Below are positions 12,776 to 25,100 of a DNA stretch of 64,000 nt, in pieces (positions within the stretch are counted from its first letter, which is position 1; the number at the start of each line of letters is the position of its first letter). Source of the DNA: Prorocentrum cordatum (taxonomy: Eukaryota). The notes under the pieces were generated by a model. The model was not told the origin of the DNA, made no database searches, and was given only the letters and a program-made list of their open reading frames with translations. The DNA is taken from contig CAUYUJ010000002.1 in the NCBI GenBank assembly GCA_963575745.1, positions 1-64,000 of the forward strand. The letters are read 5' to 3'. The position numbers were made by a program, and so were the translations under genes.

Positions 12776-12972
12776 GGGGAAGGAAACAGTGGCATGAGCA
12801 TAAAAACTCGGAGGTCCGCGCGGATTTCTCGGATCGGCGCTGAACCCCCCCTCCCTGGCGCGCGGAGCGCGCCAGGGGCGGCGCCGGAGGCGCCGCCGGG
12901 GGGCCCCAGCGCCGATCCGAGAAATCCGCGCGGACCTCCGAGTTGTTATGTTTATGTCACTTTTTGTTCCCC
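12776..12972. mobile_element. Fold-back MITE, TA TSD (copy 1)
   Basis: TA|GGGGAA...ACTCGGAGGTCCGCGCGGATTTCTCGGATCGGCGCTG / CAGCGCCGATCCGAGAAATCCGCGCGGACCTCCGAGT...TTCCCC|TA. Confidence 0.9.
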
Positions 12973-14599
12973 TATGTGCGTCCGTGCGTGGTGGCAAAAA
13001 GCACCCCACAGCCTCATCCCACCGGGAGATCGGGGGCCCTCCGTGGGCACCCGGAGGCCTGCTCCTCGAGCCTCGGGCCTCGGGGCAGTGGCAGGACGAT
13101 GTTGTGAAAGGACTCAAGACGGTGCGGTGGCAGGCCGTGCGGTGGCCTCGAACCCCCCACGACCTCACCGCGCGGTCCGTCACCGCACGGCTTTGGGACC
13201 TCGGAGGCCTCGGTTGCCTGAGACATCCCTGGAGAAGGACACAAGTCCTAAAATCGTGCGGTCGCCAAGAACCTCCACTGACTCACCGTGCGGAGTGGTC
13301 ACCACACCGTTTGGGGGCCCCCGAGGCTCGGGATGGAAAGCTGCCCCCCGCCCCTCGGGGAAAGGGTTGAGAGGTCCACGTGGCCAATGTCTCAAAGAAA
13401 CGGGGAGACATGTGCAGGCGCCCAGTGTAGTCGCAGGACGGACTGGCGGGGTCTCCTGGCTAGCGCGAGTCATGAGTGGACCAGCTGTGAATCGGTTGGG
13501 GGTTGGAAACGTTGTGACAACTGTGCCGCTTCAACCGTGAACCAACTGTAGACGTCTTGCTTCCGGCGATCCCCACCCGAGAACGCAGGGCGGGGTCTCC
13601 AAGGAGCAGCGCCCCCCTCGGGGACTGGCGGCGGCGGCATGCAGGTATCACTCGTCAGAAACGCGGGGCGTGACCCCAGATGAGCACAACCCCTTTTGGG
13701 GCCTGGCGGCCGCGGTATGCCGCGTGGGCGAGGCGGGTCGATAACGTGTTCCTAAAACCCTAACAGCCCCAACATGTCGGGCGACGAGAAACTGTAAAAA
13801 ACTGGTTGTGGATCAGGCGCGGGGATTACTCACCTATGCTGAACTGGCTGTGCCAATCGTGGCAACGGCTGTGGCCCGCGCAACGCAGCGCAGCATGCGC
13901 AGCGTTTAACCAGGACGAATCGGACCAGTGTGGAAGCGGGGATGACAGGACGCAGCAGCGAAGCGTTGCAGCGGGGAGCTGCAACTGCAACGAGTTGGAC
14001 AAACTGTGCCGTTCTGCTTTCTCGTTTTGATGAAACAATGCTTCGTTGCGTTTGATTGCTTAGTGTGTGAACGCGGTTGAATTCTCATTTCTGAAAACTT
14101 GTGTTGGTCCCCCTTGCCTGGTGCACATTGAATTTCTCAATTGAAGCGTCCCCCCTGGGCCTCGCAGCCGGTAATGTATCAGGGAAAAGCTTGAGCGTCA
14201 AACTGCGCCCCTGACGCCCGAGTTACAGCAACAACAACAACGGCTCCCGCCTGATACATTCTCACAAGTTGTTGATAAGTCGAGCTTTCGCGCGATAGTC
14301 CTTGCAGTGTACTCGGGAATCGCACTCTCGCATGAAGCCTCCTCACACTTGATTCAAATGCCGCTCCTCGACGTTCAGGGATCGCGCTTTCGCTTTGGAC
14401 CTCCTCACGGTTTACTTGGGAGTCGCGCTCCCGCTGGATACTTGATGGAGATCCAGGCAGGATTCACGCTTCAACGACTCGCCCGCTCGACCCGCCCGTC
14501 GGGGCCTGCCCGCCCGACCAGCCCGTCAGGGACTGCCGTCGCCGCTCGCTGCCCTTCGCCCGCCCTCGATGCCCCCTCGTTGCCCGTACTGGTTCCGCG

Positions 14600-15130
14600 G
14601 TCGCCTTCGCTCGCTGCCCTTCGTGGCCCCGTTGCCGCCCTCAGTGTCCCCGTCGCTGCAATGTGTGGCCCCGCGTTGTACGCCCTGCGTGGCCCCTGCT
14701 CGCGCGCGCCCGTCGTGGCCCCATATGCATGCCCCTCGTGGCCCCGCCGTCGCCCTTCGTGGCCCTCTCGCTGCCCTTCGTGGCCCCTTTGCTGCCCTCC
14801 GTGGCCCCGTTGTCGCCCTACGTGGTCCCACATACGCACCCCTCGCTGTCCTACGTGGCCCCAGGGTTACCCTCAGCGGCCCCGTCGCTGCCCCTGTGCG
14901 GCCCCGCGTTATATGGCCTTCGTGGCCCCCGCTCGCTCGCGCTCGTCGTGGCCCGACATGCGTGCCCTTCGGGGCCCCGCTGTCGCCCTTCGTGGCCCCC
15001 TCGCTGCCCTTCGTGGCCCCTTTGCTGCCCTCAGTGGCCCCGCTGTCGCCCTTTCTGGCTCCGAATGTGCGCGCGTTTCGTGGCCCCCGCTCGTTTGCGC
15101 CCGTCGTGGCCCCATATGCATGCCCCAGGG
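14600..15130. repeat. Degenerate ~20-bp CGTGGCCCC..GCTGCCCTT minisatellite
   Basis: Repeated CCTTCGTGGCCCC motif. Confidence 0.8.
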
Positions 15131-15176
15131 GTCGGCCGGGCTTCGGGGGTCCGCATCCCCCTCGTCCTCTGCGTTG

Positions 15177-15211
<35 letters not shown>

Positions 15212-18200
15212 TTTTCTTTGTTTTGTGTGTTGTTTCTTTTGTTTGTTTTCTCGCTCTGTCTCTCTCCCTCTCTCTCTCTCTCGTTCTTGTTTGTTTTTGT
15301 TTGTTGTTTCTCTCTCTCTCTCTACGTATACTTCGCAGTTTTGCCCCCCTTCCCTCCCTCCATCCCTGCTCCCTCCTCGCCCTCCCTCCCTACCTCTTTC
15401 CCTCCCTCCCCGCCAGCCTGTCAGCCCTTGAGCCCCCACCCTCCACCCTCCTATCTTTTCTCCTTCCATCCTTCCCTCCTTCCCTCCTGTTTTCCTCCTG
15501 CTCCTCCTCCTCCTCCTCCTCCTCCTCCTCCTCCTCCTCCCTCCGTCCCTCCCTCCCTTCGTCGTGGTCGTCGTCGTCACGGTCGGCCCTGTCCGTCCAT
15601 CTTGGGGTCGGTATGCCGCTGGTCAGCGACTGCATGGTCAGAGTTGCCACTGGCCAAGCCGACGGTCCGCCGTTTGCCGGGGCCCGGACTTCCAGCCTCT
15701 GAGGCGCGCGTGTTCCACTGGCCCACTTCGAATGAAGCCCTCCCTCGCGGAGGCCTCCCGGGCGTTTACGCAGGTTTTCGGAGCCTCTGGAGTTGCTCGA
15801 TGGTCTTCGGGGCCCTTCCGAGGCCCCCCAGGAGGTCATCGGCGGCTCCAGGTTGCTCTCCAGGTCCCCCCTCGCTTTGTTTCAGCACCATTCCCAGCTC
15901 GTATCCACCTTCCCCCACTTTTCCCACGTTCCCTCCCAGTCTTCTCCGCTCCTTTCCATTCTCTTGACTTGCGGTTCTTCCTGGCCCCACCCTTGCCCGG
16001 CTCGGCCCCATCTCACCCCAACCATCTCCACCCTTTCCCGCTCGCGTACAGTCCTCCTCCTCCTCCTCCTTTTCCTCCTCCTCCTCCTCCTCCTCCTCCT
16101 CCTCCTCCTCCTTCCCCTCCTTATCCTCCTTCTCCTCCTCCCCCTCTCCTCCAGTTTCCTCCGTGCGCTTCCCCGCTCCTCCGCGCTCCTCCCGGCGCTC
16201 CTCGTCCCCGCTCCTTGCCGCTCCACCTCCTGGGACCCTGCTCTTGGCCGCTCCATCCCACTCCACTCCACGCCCCCGGGCCCCTGCCCACAAGGGTGCA
16301 GCTCTCGCTACCCCCCCCCGCTCCACTCTCCCAACCTCTCTCTTTGCTTCTCTTCAGGGTCCCACGGATGTTGTCTCTTTCGCCAGTTCGCTGCTGTACG
16401 TCCCCCTGTGGGGGCGTCCACGATGTGGTATGTCAAGGGGGTGGTACATGGCGCTGTTTATGGCGCGACCCATGGCGAAACCTATTGTTAACCTGCGTTG
16501 GAATGGCTGGCACAGGCCATGGCGCATGTTCAATCGCCCCTCACAGCACAAATCATCGTCCTCCCTCCTTCTTGCCCCTCCCCTCCATCCCTTTCTCCCT
16601 CCGACCCCTTCATCCTCATTCTTTCCCGTGCTCCTCTATCCTTCGCTTTCGCGTTGAAGGGCTTCCCAAACTACACGTGGCAGGGAAGGAATATATCCCC
16701 CCAGAGGGGTTACGATGGAAGGCGAAGAGGGCGGGTATCCAGGCCTTGGGATATGCATATTGAACGGCACGCGAGCAGACAAGAGCGAACAGTTCTGTAA
16801 TGATTGTTGCTGGTGTTGGTGCTGGTGTTGCTAGTACTGCTGGTGTTCTTGTTGTTGGTGCTGATGTTGTTACTGGTGTTGTTGGTTTATGTGTTGTTGT
16901 GGTTGCTGTTGCCGGTTTCGTCGGTGCTGTTTGTGCTGTTCTTGGCTGCTGCTGCTTTGTTTGCTGTGGTGCTGCGTTTGTTGATTACTGGGGGCCTGCC
17001 GCTCGCCCGAGAGGCAGGACTCAGAGGGCACGTGTGCCGAGCTGCCCTGAGCCCCGCGCGCACGGGCGCACGCGACCCAAGGCGTGCGTTCGGTGGCATC
17101 TTCAGGGCGGCTCACATATCCCATGGCGTCCCTATGCGCGTCGCATCCGCGTCGGATATGCGTCGCATCCGCAAAACCATGACGAACCTGCATTATCGAG
17201 TCCGCGTCGAATACGTGCCGAGCCCGCCTCGAACGCACGTCGAACACGCGGTGGATACAAGAACGACCGCCATTCAAAGGATGGGGAACAACAACGTGCG
17301 CGCGGTTGTGAATCCTCGACGTCGGTGGGCAGCACAAGGCTTGGGGATCCACTAGGCTTCAGGATATGACCTCAACTTGTGCCCACACCTGGAGTGTTGC
17401 ACTTGTGCACCGATCCGCCCAAATGTGTCAGTTCTCGCTCTTCTCAGTACTCTTCCATAACGCCTTCTGTGACGTTCGTTATGCATCTCTACCACAATGG
17501 CGTGTGTATATCTTACATGGCCCGATGCACATGCCAAGAGGTCTCTGGAGGTCTCTGGAGGTTCAGGGCGGACGAGCAGGGGGATAGCGAAGGGGTGGAA
17601 TGCACATGATCTGCATGCTCCCAGCGTCGGAAAAACGCCTGGGCATTACAGCGAGCAGAACGCCCGGCTACCGGCCCAAGCCAGATGCATGCAGCTGGTG
17701 CTGTGAGCCCCCCTCCCCCCTTTCGTCCGAGCGCAGGGAATGCCAACTTGAACACGTCCTCCTTTATCGGGGGCGCCGAAGATGACTGGCTAAGTTACCA
17801 GACGGCCCCAACCCAACCCGAAGGCCCGAACTCCAGGTTCGGGGGGGGGGGTACGGGTTCCACATGTGCTTTCTCAGTGTTCCCCGACATCCCCCCCCCA
17901 CTGGAAATGGAGGGCAAATCGATGCCTTCGGAGGCTCCGCATTTGCCACGCCCCCAGTGGGGTGAGGGCGAGGAGGAGGAGGATAGGAGGAGGAGGAGGA
18001 GGAGGAGGAGGAGGAGGAGGATTAGGAGGAGGAGGAGGAAGAGGAGGATGAGGAAGAGGAGGAGGAGGAGGAGGAGGAGGCGGAGGAGGAAGGGGAGGAG
18101 GAAGGAAGGGGCGGCTTCGTGGGTGGCGAGAGGAGGGGAGCCAGGAGGACAGGCGTGAGCGCACCCCCCAGCCCGAGGCGCGCGCGCGCGGGCGAGGGGA

Positions 18201-18451
18201 CGGCCGGGGAGGACGTGCCGCAGGAAGAGGGCAACGACATCGCGGAGCCGCACGGCCCCGGCAGGGATGCCCACGCCACCGTGGGCGGAGGACAAGCTAC
18301 CCCCATACCTCTACCCTTTCCTCGTGTTCCCCCTTCTTGGGCCTCCTCGGAGGCCCTCGTCGTCACCGCTGGATTCGCCTCGAAATCCTTGTCAGAACGC
18401 ACCCCTGGAGAGGTCGGGAGAGGTCAGAACGCAACTCAGGGCCACCGTGTA

Positions 18452-18649
18452 GGGGAACAAAAAGTGGAATAAACATCAAAACTCGGAGGTCCGCGCGGAT
18501 TTCTCGGATCGGCGCTGGGGCCCCCTGGCGGCGCCTCCGGCGCCGCCCCTGGCGCGCTCCGCGCGCCAGGGAGGGGGGTCCAGCGCCGATCCGAGAAATC
18601 CGCGCGGACCTCCGAAGAATTTGTCTGTTTATATCATTTCTTGTTCCCC
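18452..18649. mobile_element. Fold-back MITE, TA TSD (copy 2, opposite orientation)
   Basis: Same long TIRs as 12776-12972, with the central segment reverse-complemented; TA|GGGGAACAA...TTGTTCCCC|TA. Confidence 0.9.
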
Positions 18650-20589
18650 TAACCGTGGGCCCTCGCCCCGCTCGTCGGCGCCCCCGACTGCAGCTTCTGG
18701 TGCATGCGGTGGGCACCGACGAGGAGCACAATTGCTGCAAGGCGCCCGAGGGCACCTGTCTCGTCCACCTTTGCCTCCCCACGGTGTCCCAGTCGCTCTG
18801 CGGGATCCCGGGGCGTCTTGGGGGTAAGAGATCGAGAGCGGGGCACCTGCCGGCCGGCGTGCCCTTATTTGACGCGCCTGCTGCAGCATCATGTAATCCG
18901 GGCCCCTCAGGCGGGGCAGAGGCGAAGACAAACGGTGGCGGCGGCGGGACCAGGTTGCCCAGCGACCAGATGTCAGAGCCGTAGCTCTGCGGCAAGCCTC
19001 CGTGTGCGCGGGCCCCCGGATCGCAGGCGGGAAAGAGAGCGGGGAAACAGGGGGAGGGGCAGGAGTGCGAGGCAGGGACTTCTACTTCAACACGTGGGGA
19101 CGATCTCAAAGGACCACAGGGGGCGGTGGCTTGGGATACATCTTGCGGCCCATGCTGCCCCGAAAATATCGATGTACCTATCTGTATACATATACACAAC
19201 ATGCACGTGCGTGCCCCTGCTCGTACAAAAAGGATTGCAGCACGCAAGCATCGCAGAACATGGACAATAAGACGAATATGAAGCCGGATCCGAGGGGGAG
19301 GAGGCAGGAGATGGAGAAGCAAAAGATCAGGCTGTTGGGAAGGAGGTGCAACGGCAGGATCGCAGTCGAACGCAGGTGGGATTGCCACATATTGCGATGC
19401 GCGTGTGGCGCAGGAGGGTTGTCAACACCTTGCGATAGAAATTGAGAAGAAGATCCCCCGACGCAAATTGTTGGAGGATGTCTCAAGCTCAAGCGAAACT
19501 GGCGTTCTGCAATGAGGAATGTGAGGACAACTTCGATTACGTCGGATTTCAATGCTGGGGGAGGCTTTTTGCGAAATGGCTGTGTTTCAGAGAACGACGT
19601 CTAAAACCAGTGAGACCCATGGTGCTTGTTTGAGGTCTCATGTTGAAATGCATGCTTGGGCAGTGACGTCGTGATCTGCGTGAGGAGTGCGTCCGGTCTT
19701 CTCTATGGATGCTGAAGATGTCCCTGCCGAAGCGGCCAGCAACAAGGCGGATGGATTCGAAATGAATCGCCTCTGAGCTCCACTCCCTCGGAGAGATGCT
19801 TTTGAGACTACAGTGTAAAGCGTGCACGCGTGCGCATGTAGACATGCGTCAACACATGCCTGCGAACATGTTAGCCGATGTGAAGCACACGCAATACGTT
19901 ATTGCACTGCGGCAGTGTCAATCATGCGGTGAAGCCATGTGGTGCAACCGATGTGGCGTAAGCAATCTGTCACACGCTGTGTGGTGCAAACTACGTGGTG
20001 CTGTTACCCTATGCTCGCCAATGAATGGCGAACACCACTAATCGTGCAAACATCCGAACCTCCCACCCACAACTTGTTCCGCAAAACCCGTGCAGCCGCG
20101 AATGCAGGTATGCTTGGCGCTGGATTGCGCGCATCTTGCGGCCGCGCTTGCGAGCGCAAGCCCGTGCGCACAGCGGCCAGCTGGTTTGGCACAGCTGCTG
20201 CGGCCGCGATGGCGCTTGCCGATCGGAACTTCCCAACGCGTCTCAGAAGCCGCGTTGGCGCGGTGGCACTTCAATGTTGGTCGGTGATTCGGGCAGGCGC
20301 GATATCATCATGACATCGACGATGACGGCAACGAAAATGATAGTAGCGATGGTGGTGGCGATGATGACGAAGACGGCCGCAGGGCTAGTGACGGCGCCGA
20401 TGCTGTGACGACGACAATGATGATGTCAACGTGTTGGTGATAAAAAGGTGGTTGGCTGATGATGACAACAATGGCGGCGATTGCGGACGACGATAACGGC
20501 GGTGATGCGATGGCACTGATGAGGGTGATGGTGACGACTATGTGGTGCAAGCTATGCGGCGCAATTAATCGAACCAATGTTGAATTGTA

Positions 20590-21286
20590 AACTCCACCGT
20601 TGGATATGCTCTTGGCCATTATTACAGAAGGTAAGAAATACGGCTTGGAACTGAACTGGGACAAAACTTTACAAATGCAAATCTCAACACACAGCGTAAT
20701 ATCACGACCAGACGGGGGTGCAATCAAGTCCGTCCGCGAAGCTGTTTACCTAGGAGGACTGATTACCTGCGACGGGAAAGTTGCCACGGAACTGACGCGG
20801 AGACTAGGAGAATGTACAAAGATGTTCAAGCAGTTGGATAAGCTCTGGAGCCACGCCTCGATTGGAAAACGGCGAAAGCACAGTATTTACACAAGTTGTG
20901 TGGTGAGCAAGCTGCTCTACTCATTGGACTCAGTTTGGTTACTGAAAGCAGACAGGGCGCGCCTTGATGCTTTCCACTGCAGGTGTCTACGACGCATTGT
21001 CGGCGTACCTCCTTCGTTCATGTCGAGAGTTAGCAACGCAGACATTCTGAAGAGAGCTGGCGCGAAACCTCTGTCGGATGTTCTTCTGGACAGGCAGGAG
21101 AAGGCGTACCTCAAGATTTCCAGAAGTGGGCATCCCTCCTTGGTGCGACAAGTTGTATGCGAGCCAGATGGGTCACCAAAGTGTTGGGCGCTACATCGAC
21201 GACGAGGCCGGTCTCGACAGCAATGGGCTTCTTCAGTGTACGGTCTGAGGCAATCTCGCCTTCCTCCCTCCCCTCCCCCTTCTTAG
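20590..21286 (+). mobile_element. 5'-truncated non-LTR (LINE, RTE-like) reverse transcriptase C-terminal part
   Basis: YGLELNWDKT, VYLGGLI, ELTRRLG, SKLLYSLDS and LDAFHCRCLRRIVG are the RT thumb and downstream motifs of RTE-type LINEs. Confidence 0.85.
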
Positions 21287-22159
21287 TTTTGCAGCACTCA
21301 TTGTACACTTGCAGTTCATGTTTTCTGTTCGGTTGCCAACGTCGCAACCTGAGTTTGCCAACGCGTCCCACCGGATGCACGGCCGAGCGAGCGAGCGAGC
21401 CGTTGGCACATACATCCCGCCCACCCGCAACTTGTTCGGCAACATCCATTCGGCCACGATTGCGGTTTTCGGTTAGATTGATTGTTACGAGCAGCGCATC
21501 TATACGGCCGCACTGGCACGCGCACGATCTCCAGCATATCGACAAATCGTTTGGCACAACTGACGCGACCGCGATGGCGCTTCTCGGTGTGCAGGCTATG
21601 TATTGCAAGCTACGAAGTGTAATATGCAACTGGCATGGTGCAATCCACGCGGCGCAAGCAATGCAAGCTATGCGGTGCAAGCTAGGTGGTGCAGGCCCGG
21701 TGGCGCAATCTGCGTGGTGCAAGCTCTCGGGGCGCCCATGAGGCGTCTACGGGCGGGGTTCCAGGCGAACTTCGGCAGACCAGCCTCAGAAGTCGATCTC
21801 TCTCTTTCAGCTTCCTTTTCTTCACGGGCGCTCGAATTAGAAAATGTTGCACCTGGTCGTTTTCGAAGGCGTCTGATACGAGGCCGATGTGGCATCACAG
21901 CAGCAATTCGGCCCCTGATTTTCGCCCTGGGTTCGGTTCAATGAAGTGATGAGTTTCGGGGTCCTTACGTGGGATAAAGCATCACTTCACTAATCTGGGG
22001 CCCCTGGGGCCTCAGTGGGCCCTGGGGCCCACAATTAATGAAGTGATGGTGTTCGGGCCTCGGATCGGAGGCCTCTGAGAATACGAACACACAGCCGAGC
22101 CGACACAACACAATATCAGTTTTTGCAATCTGGTAATCTGGGTTCGGGTGGGAGGGTCA

Positions 22160-25100
22160 TACCAGCAACTTTGACATATTCTTGGGCTACAGCGAAGCAT
22201 TGCTGGCACCCACAGCTGCTGACATACGGGAACATAGCCTCCAGGGACAGGGTTCCGCGATTTTGGCTCAAATAATCCCAAACTCACTCTTGCCTTCCAG
22301 GGTTTGATGGGCTCGATGGGTGCGGCCGCATATTCCATTACACGAAGTGCACTGACGAATCACACGAGAGAGATCGATGTGGGTAGTCATCACACGGGTC
22401 CTTTTTTCTCCACGGTTTACCATCCATGCAAAAGTCGGTGAAGTCTGTTCGAAAGTCCTTCGCAAACTCAGGAAGGTACCACAAGATAGACGTATGCGGG
22501 TTCGCCAATGAGCATGGAACTCGGCGGAAGCGACAACGCTCACAAGCACGAGCTGACAGATCGGTCCACGTATTGGCGATCCGAACCGCTGCTCAAGCCC
22601 TCGAGGATGGTCCGAGCTTCGAAGGGCTCCAGGTTCATTTCTAAGGCCTCGAGCTCTCGAAAAGGGCTTCCCACGATACACTGCCCAGATCACTCCCGAG
22701 TCGAGGAGCTGAAAGAAAACCAGTGGACAATATGTGGATTCATGGCGCCACTCTGGGGCCCATGAATCACACCAGCTTCATTCGCTACGTAGCCTGTATT
22801 ACGCATAGCTTAAGCCTACTTCCCTGACCCCGAGAACAACTCCACTGCCACGCGAGGGAGGCGATGCTGTCGAACACTCACGGCAACTCTAAAAGATCCG
22901 GACGCTTCAAGGGGACATCTCCGCTACTGTTCCAAGCGGCGTCGGAGGAAGTCCGCACAGCGGGCGGCAGCGCCGCGATCTGCTCGTTGACGCGGTTCTG
23001 CTTGCCGCGGCGCCGAACGGAAGAGTCCGCCGACCAGCAGCCGCGAGCCTTGACCTCGGCTAGCCGGCGGACCCGCTGGGCCAGGTCGTAGCTGGGGCCG
23101 GCGCGGCGGAGCTGCCGGGCGACTGGGGCCTTCGGGGGCCCGAGCCGCTCGCCCGCCCTCTTGAAGACCGCGGGGAAGAAGCGGCCGCCGAGGTCGCTGA
23201 CCACTTGGTCGTCGAGCCGCCCCTCCCGCTTCGCCGCTGCATGCACCAACGACATCACTGCGTTCAGGAGGCTGCGATGTCCGTCTGCGTCGATCGACGC
23301 GTTCTCGTCAAACTAGTTTGCTTTGCGCTGGACTCTGTCCTTTCTCGGGCGCAGCGCCAGGCACCAGCCTTCGGCCCCGCCGCTGCCTGCCCCGCGCGGC
23401 GGGGGCCAGCGGCGCCACCTCGTGCGCATCAGCTCGGACGGCCCGAGGTAGAGGCGGAATGCCACGAGGCCCCCGAGGGCGGCGTCCATGAAGCCGATGG
23501 AGCACAGCACCATCGCCAGGCCGAAGACCACCGTTGCTGGAATCGGCAGCCGAGAGGCCGCCGGCGAGAGCTTGTCGAAGCCCTGCAGCGCCCTGGCCGC
23601 GCACGGGAGCTGCTGGCCCCCTTGACATCCATGCTGCGGGAACTTCCGCCGAATGGCTGCCGCTGATGTGTTCCCGACGGCGCTCAATCCCCCCTCGAAG
23701 TAGAACTCGTCGAGATGGTACTTCAGGCTCTGGTCCAGAACATTGCTCGACCCGGCCAGCGCTTTGAGGCCCCTGATCCCCTGATCCTTCACGAAACGGC
23801 CCAGCGCTGCCTTGCGTTGCTGCTGCGCTGGCCGAGAGACGCTGCCCTGCTCGAGGAAGGAAAAGCTGCTCGCCAGCAAGGGCCTCCTCTCGGCCTCGTG
23901 AACACTGCGCCTTGTCTTCTTCCTCTCGGCCACGTCTGGGTGTGATTTGCTGGTCTCGGCGATCGAGCTGCCGGGGCGAGCCGCCGCTGGCCGCTTTCGC
24001 ACCTGCCCGCGGCAGCGCCCCACAGGCGTGGCCTGCTCCCGCGACAAGATCGGGCTGTCGACGACCCCCCGGGTCCTTGCCGTCTCTGGAGCGCTGCCAG
24101 GCCGCCGCAAGGGCGTCGAGCGCGCTGGACCAAGGCTCGAGCTCTGTCCTGTTCCTCGAAGGAGGGTCGCCAAGATTGAGCTCGGAAGCCACCCAGCGCA
24201 AGTCCATCGCAACCTCCGCTCTGGGGGCCACCGCGCAGAACTGGCGGACCGGTCGCGCGAGACCGTGAGCCGAGGTGCGGCTTTTCAGGAGAGCAAGAAT
24301 AGAAACCATACTGTCGCTGACGATCAAGAATCAATGAGACTTGCTTAAAACAGAGGTTGTAAGATGACGCATGCACCAAACCAACGCGCGACACTCCAGG
24401 GTTGTGATGTCCCCCCTGCGGTCCCACTTGTCCCGATGCAGGATTTTCCATGACGCGCCCAGGGGCCCGCTGCTTTCACCTCCCCCATAGACGGGCAAGT
24501 TAGGGGCAAGGCCTTCCTCCGCGAAGCTCTGCTCCGAGAACTCGCCCGACAGCAGCGCCCCGCCGAGAGCTTCCTCGAGCGCGCCAGTCCTGGGCAAGCC
24601 CGCGGCCCCATCATAACGCCAACGCTCCGAGAGCCCCCGAATCATCTCCGAAGGGGCGTCTTGCGAGCTACCCCCCTGCTCCGCGTAGACGCGCCGCAGG
24701 CGCGGGCCCGGGCACTGAAAGGTTTAGCGAGATCATGACCAAGAGGAGGTTGGAGGGATTGCATCCAGCGAAGCTCCCGGATCACCGAGGGCCAGAATGG
24801 TGCCGAGTCCTCGGGGTCCTCCTTAGCCACGAACGCATAGACGGCGTCGAGACAGCACAGGGTTTTTCTTTTCACAAGCGCCATCGAGACGAAGTGCCCA
24901 GACAGCCGCGACAGCTGACGTCCACTCCCTTGCCAGCGCTCCAGCGCATGAAAGAGTGCAAGCCAGAGGCGCAAGACCCGGCGTCGCTCGGGCACAATCC
25001 ACACATCTTCTCGCCGGAACTCCCATCCCAAAGCTTCTAGAACATCTGGATCGCTCCGTGAAACATGAACGATGAGACCCCTCTCCTCCATGATGGCACT

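Noticed and set aside
13751..13763. Telomeric CCCTAAA repeat
   Set aside because: Fewer than two imperfect copies.
18700..18800. GHRGEAKVDETGALGRLAAIVLLVG as the missing kinase subdomain IX exon
   Set aside because: It lacks the D.W motif, the spacing is wrong, it overlaps sequence already encoded by the 11147 exon, and no matching splice sites were found.
21810..21870. Inverted terminal repeat of DIRS-A matching 27690-27745
   Set aside because: The similarity is too patchy to call without an alignment.
22255..22272. CCGCGATTTTGGCTCAAA resembling the DinoSL 3' half
   Set aside because: It is antisense to the DIRS-A methyltransferase coding sequence (W/*-A-K-I-A-E-P) with no plus-strand gene after it, so it is likely chance.
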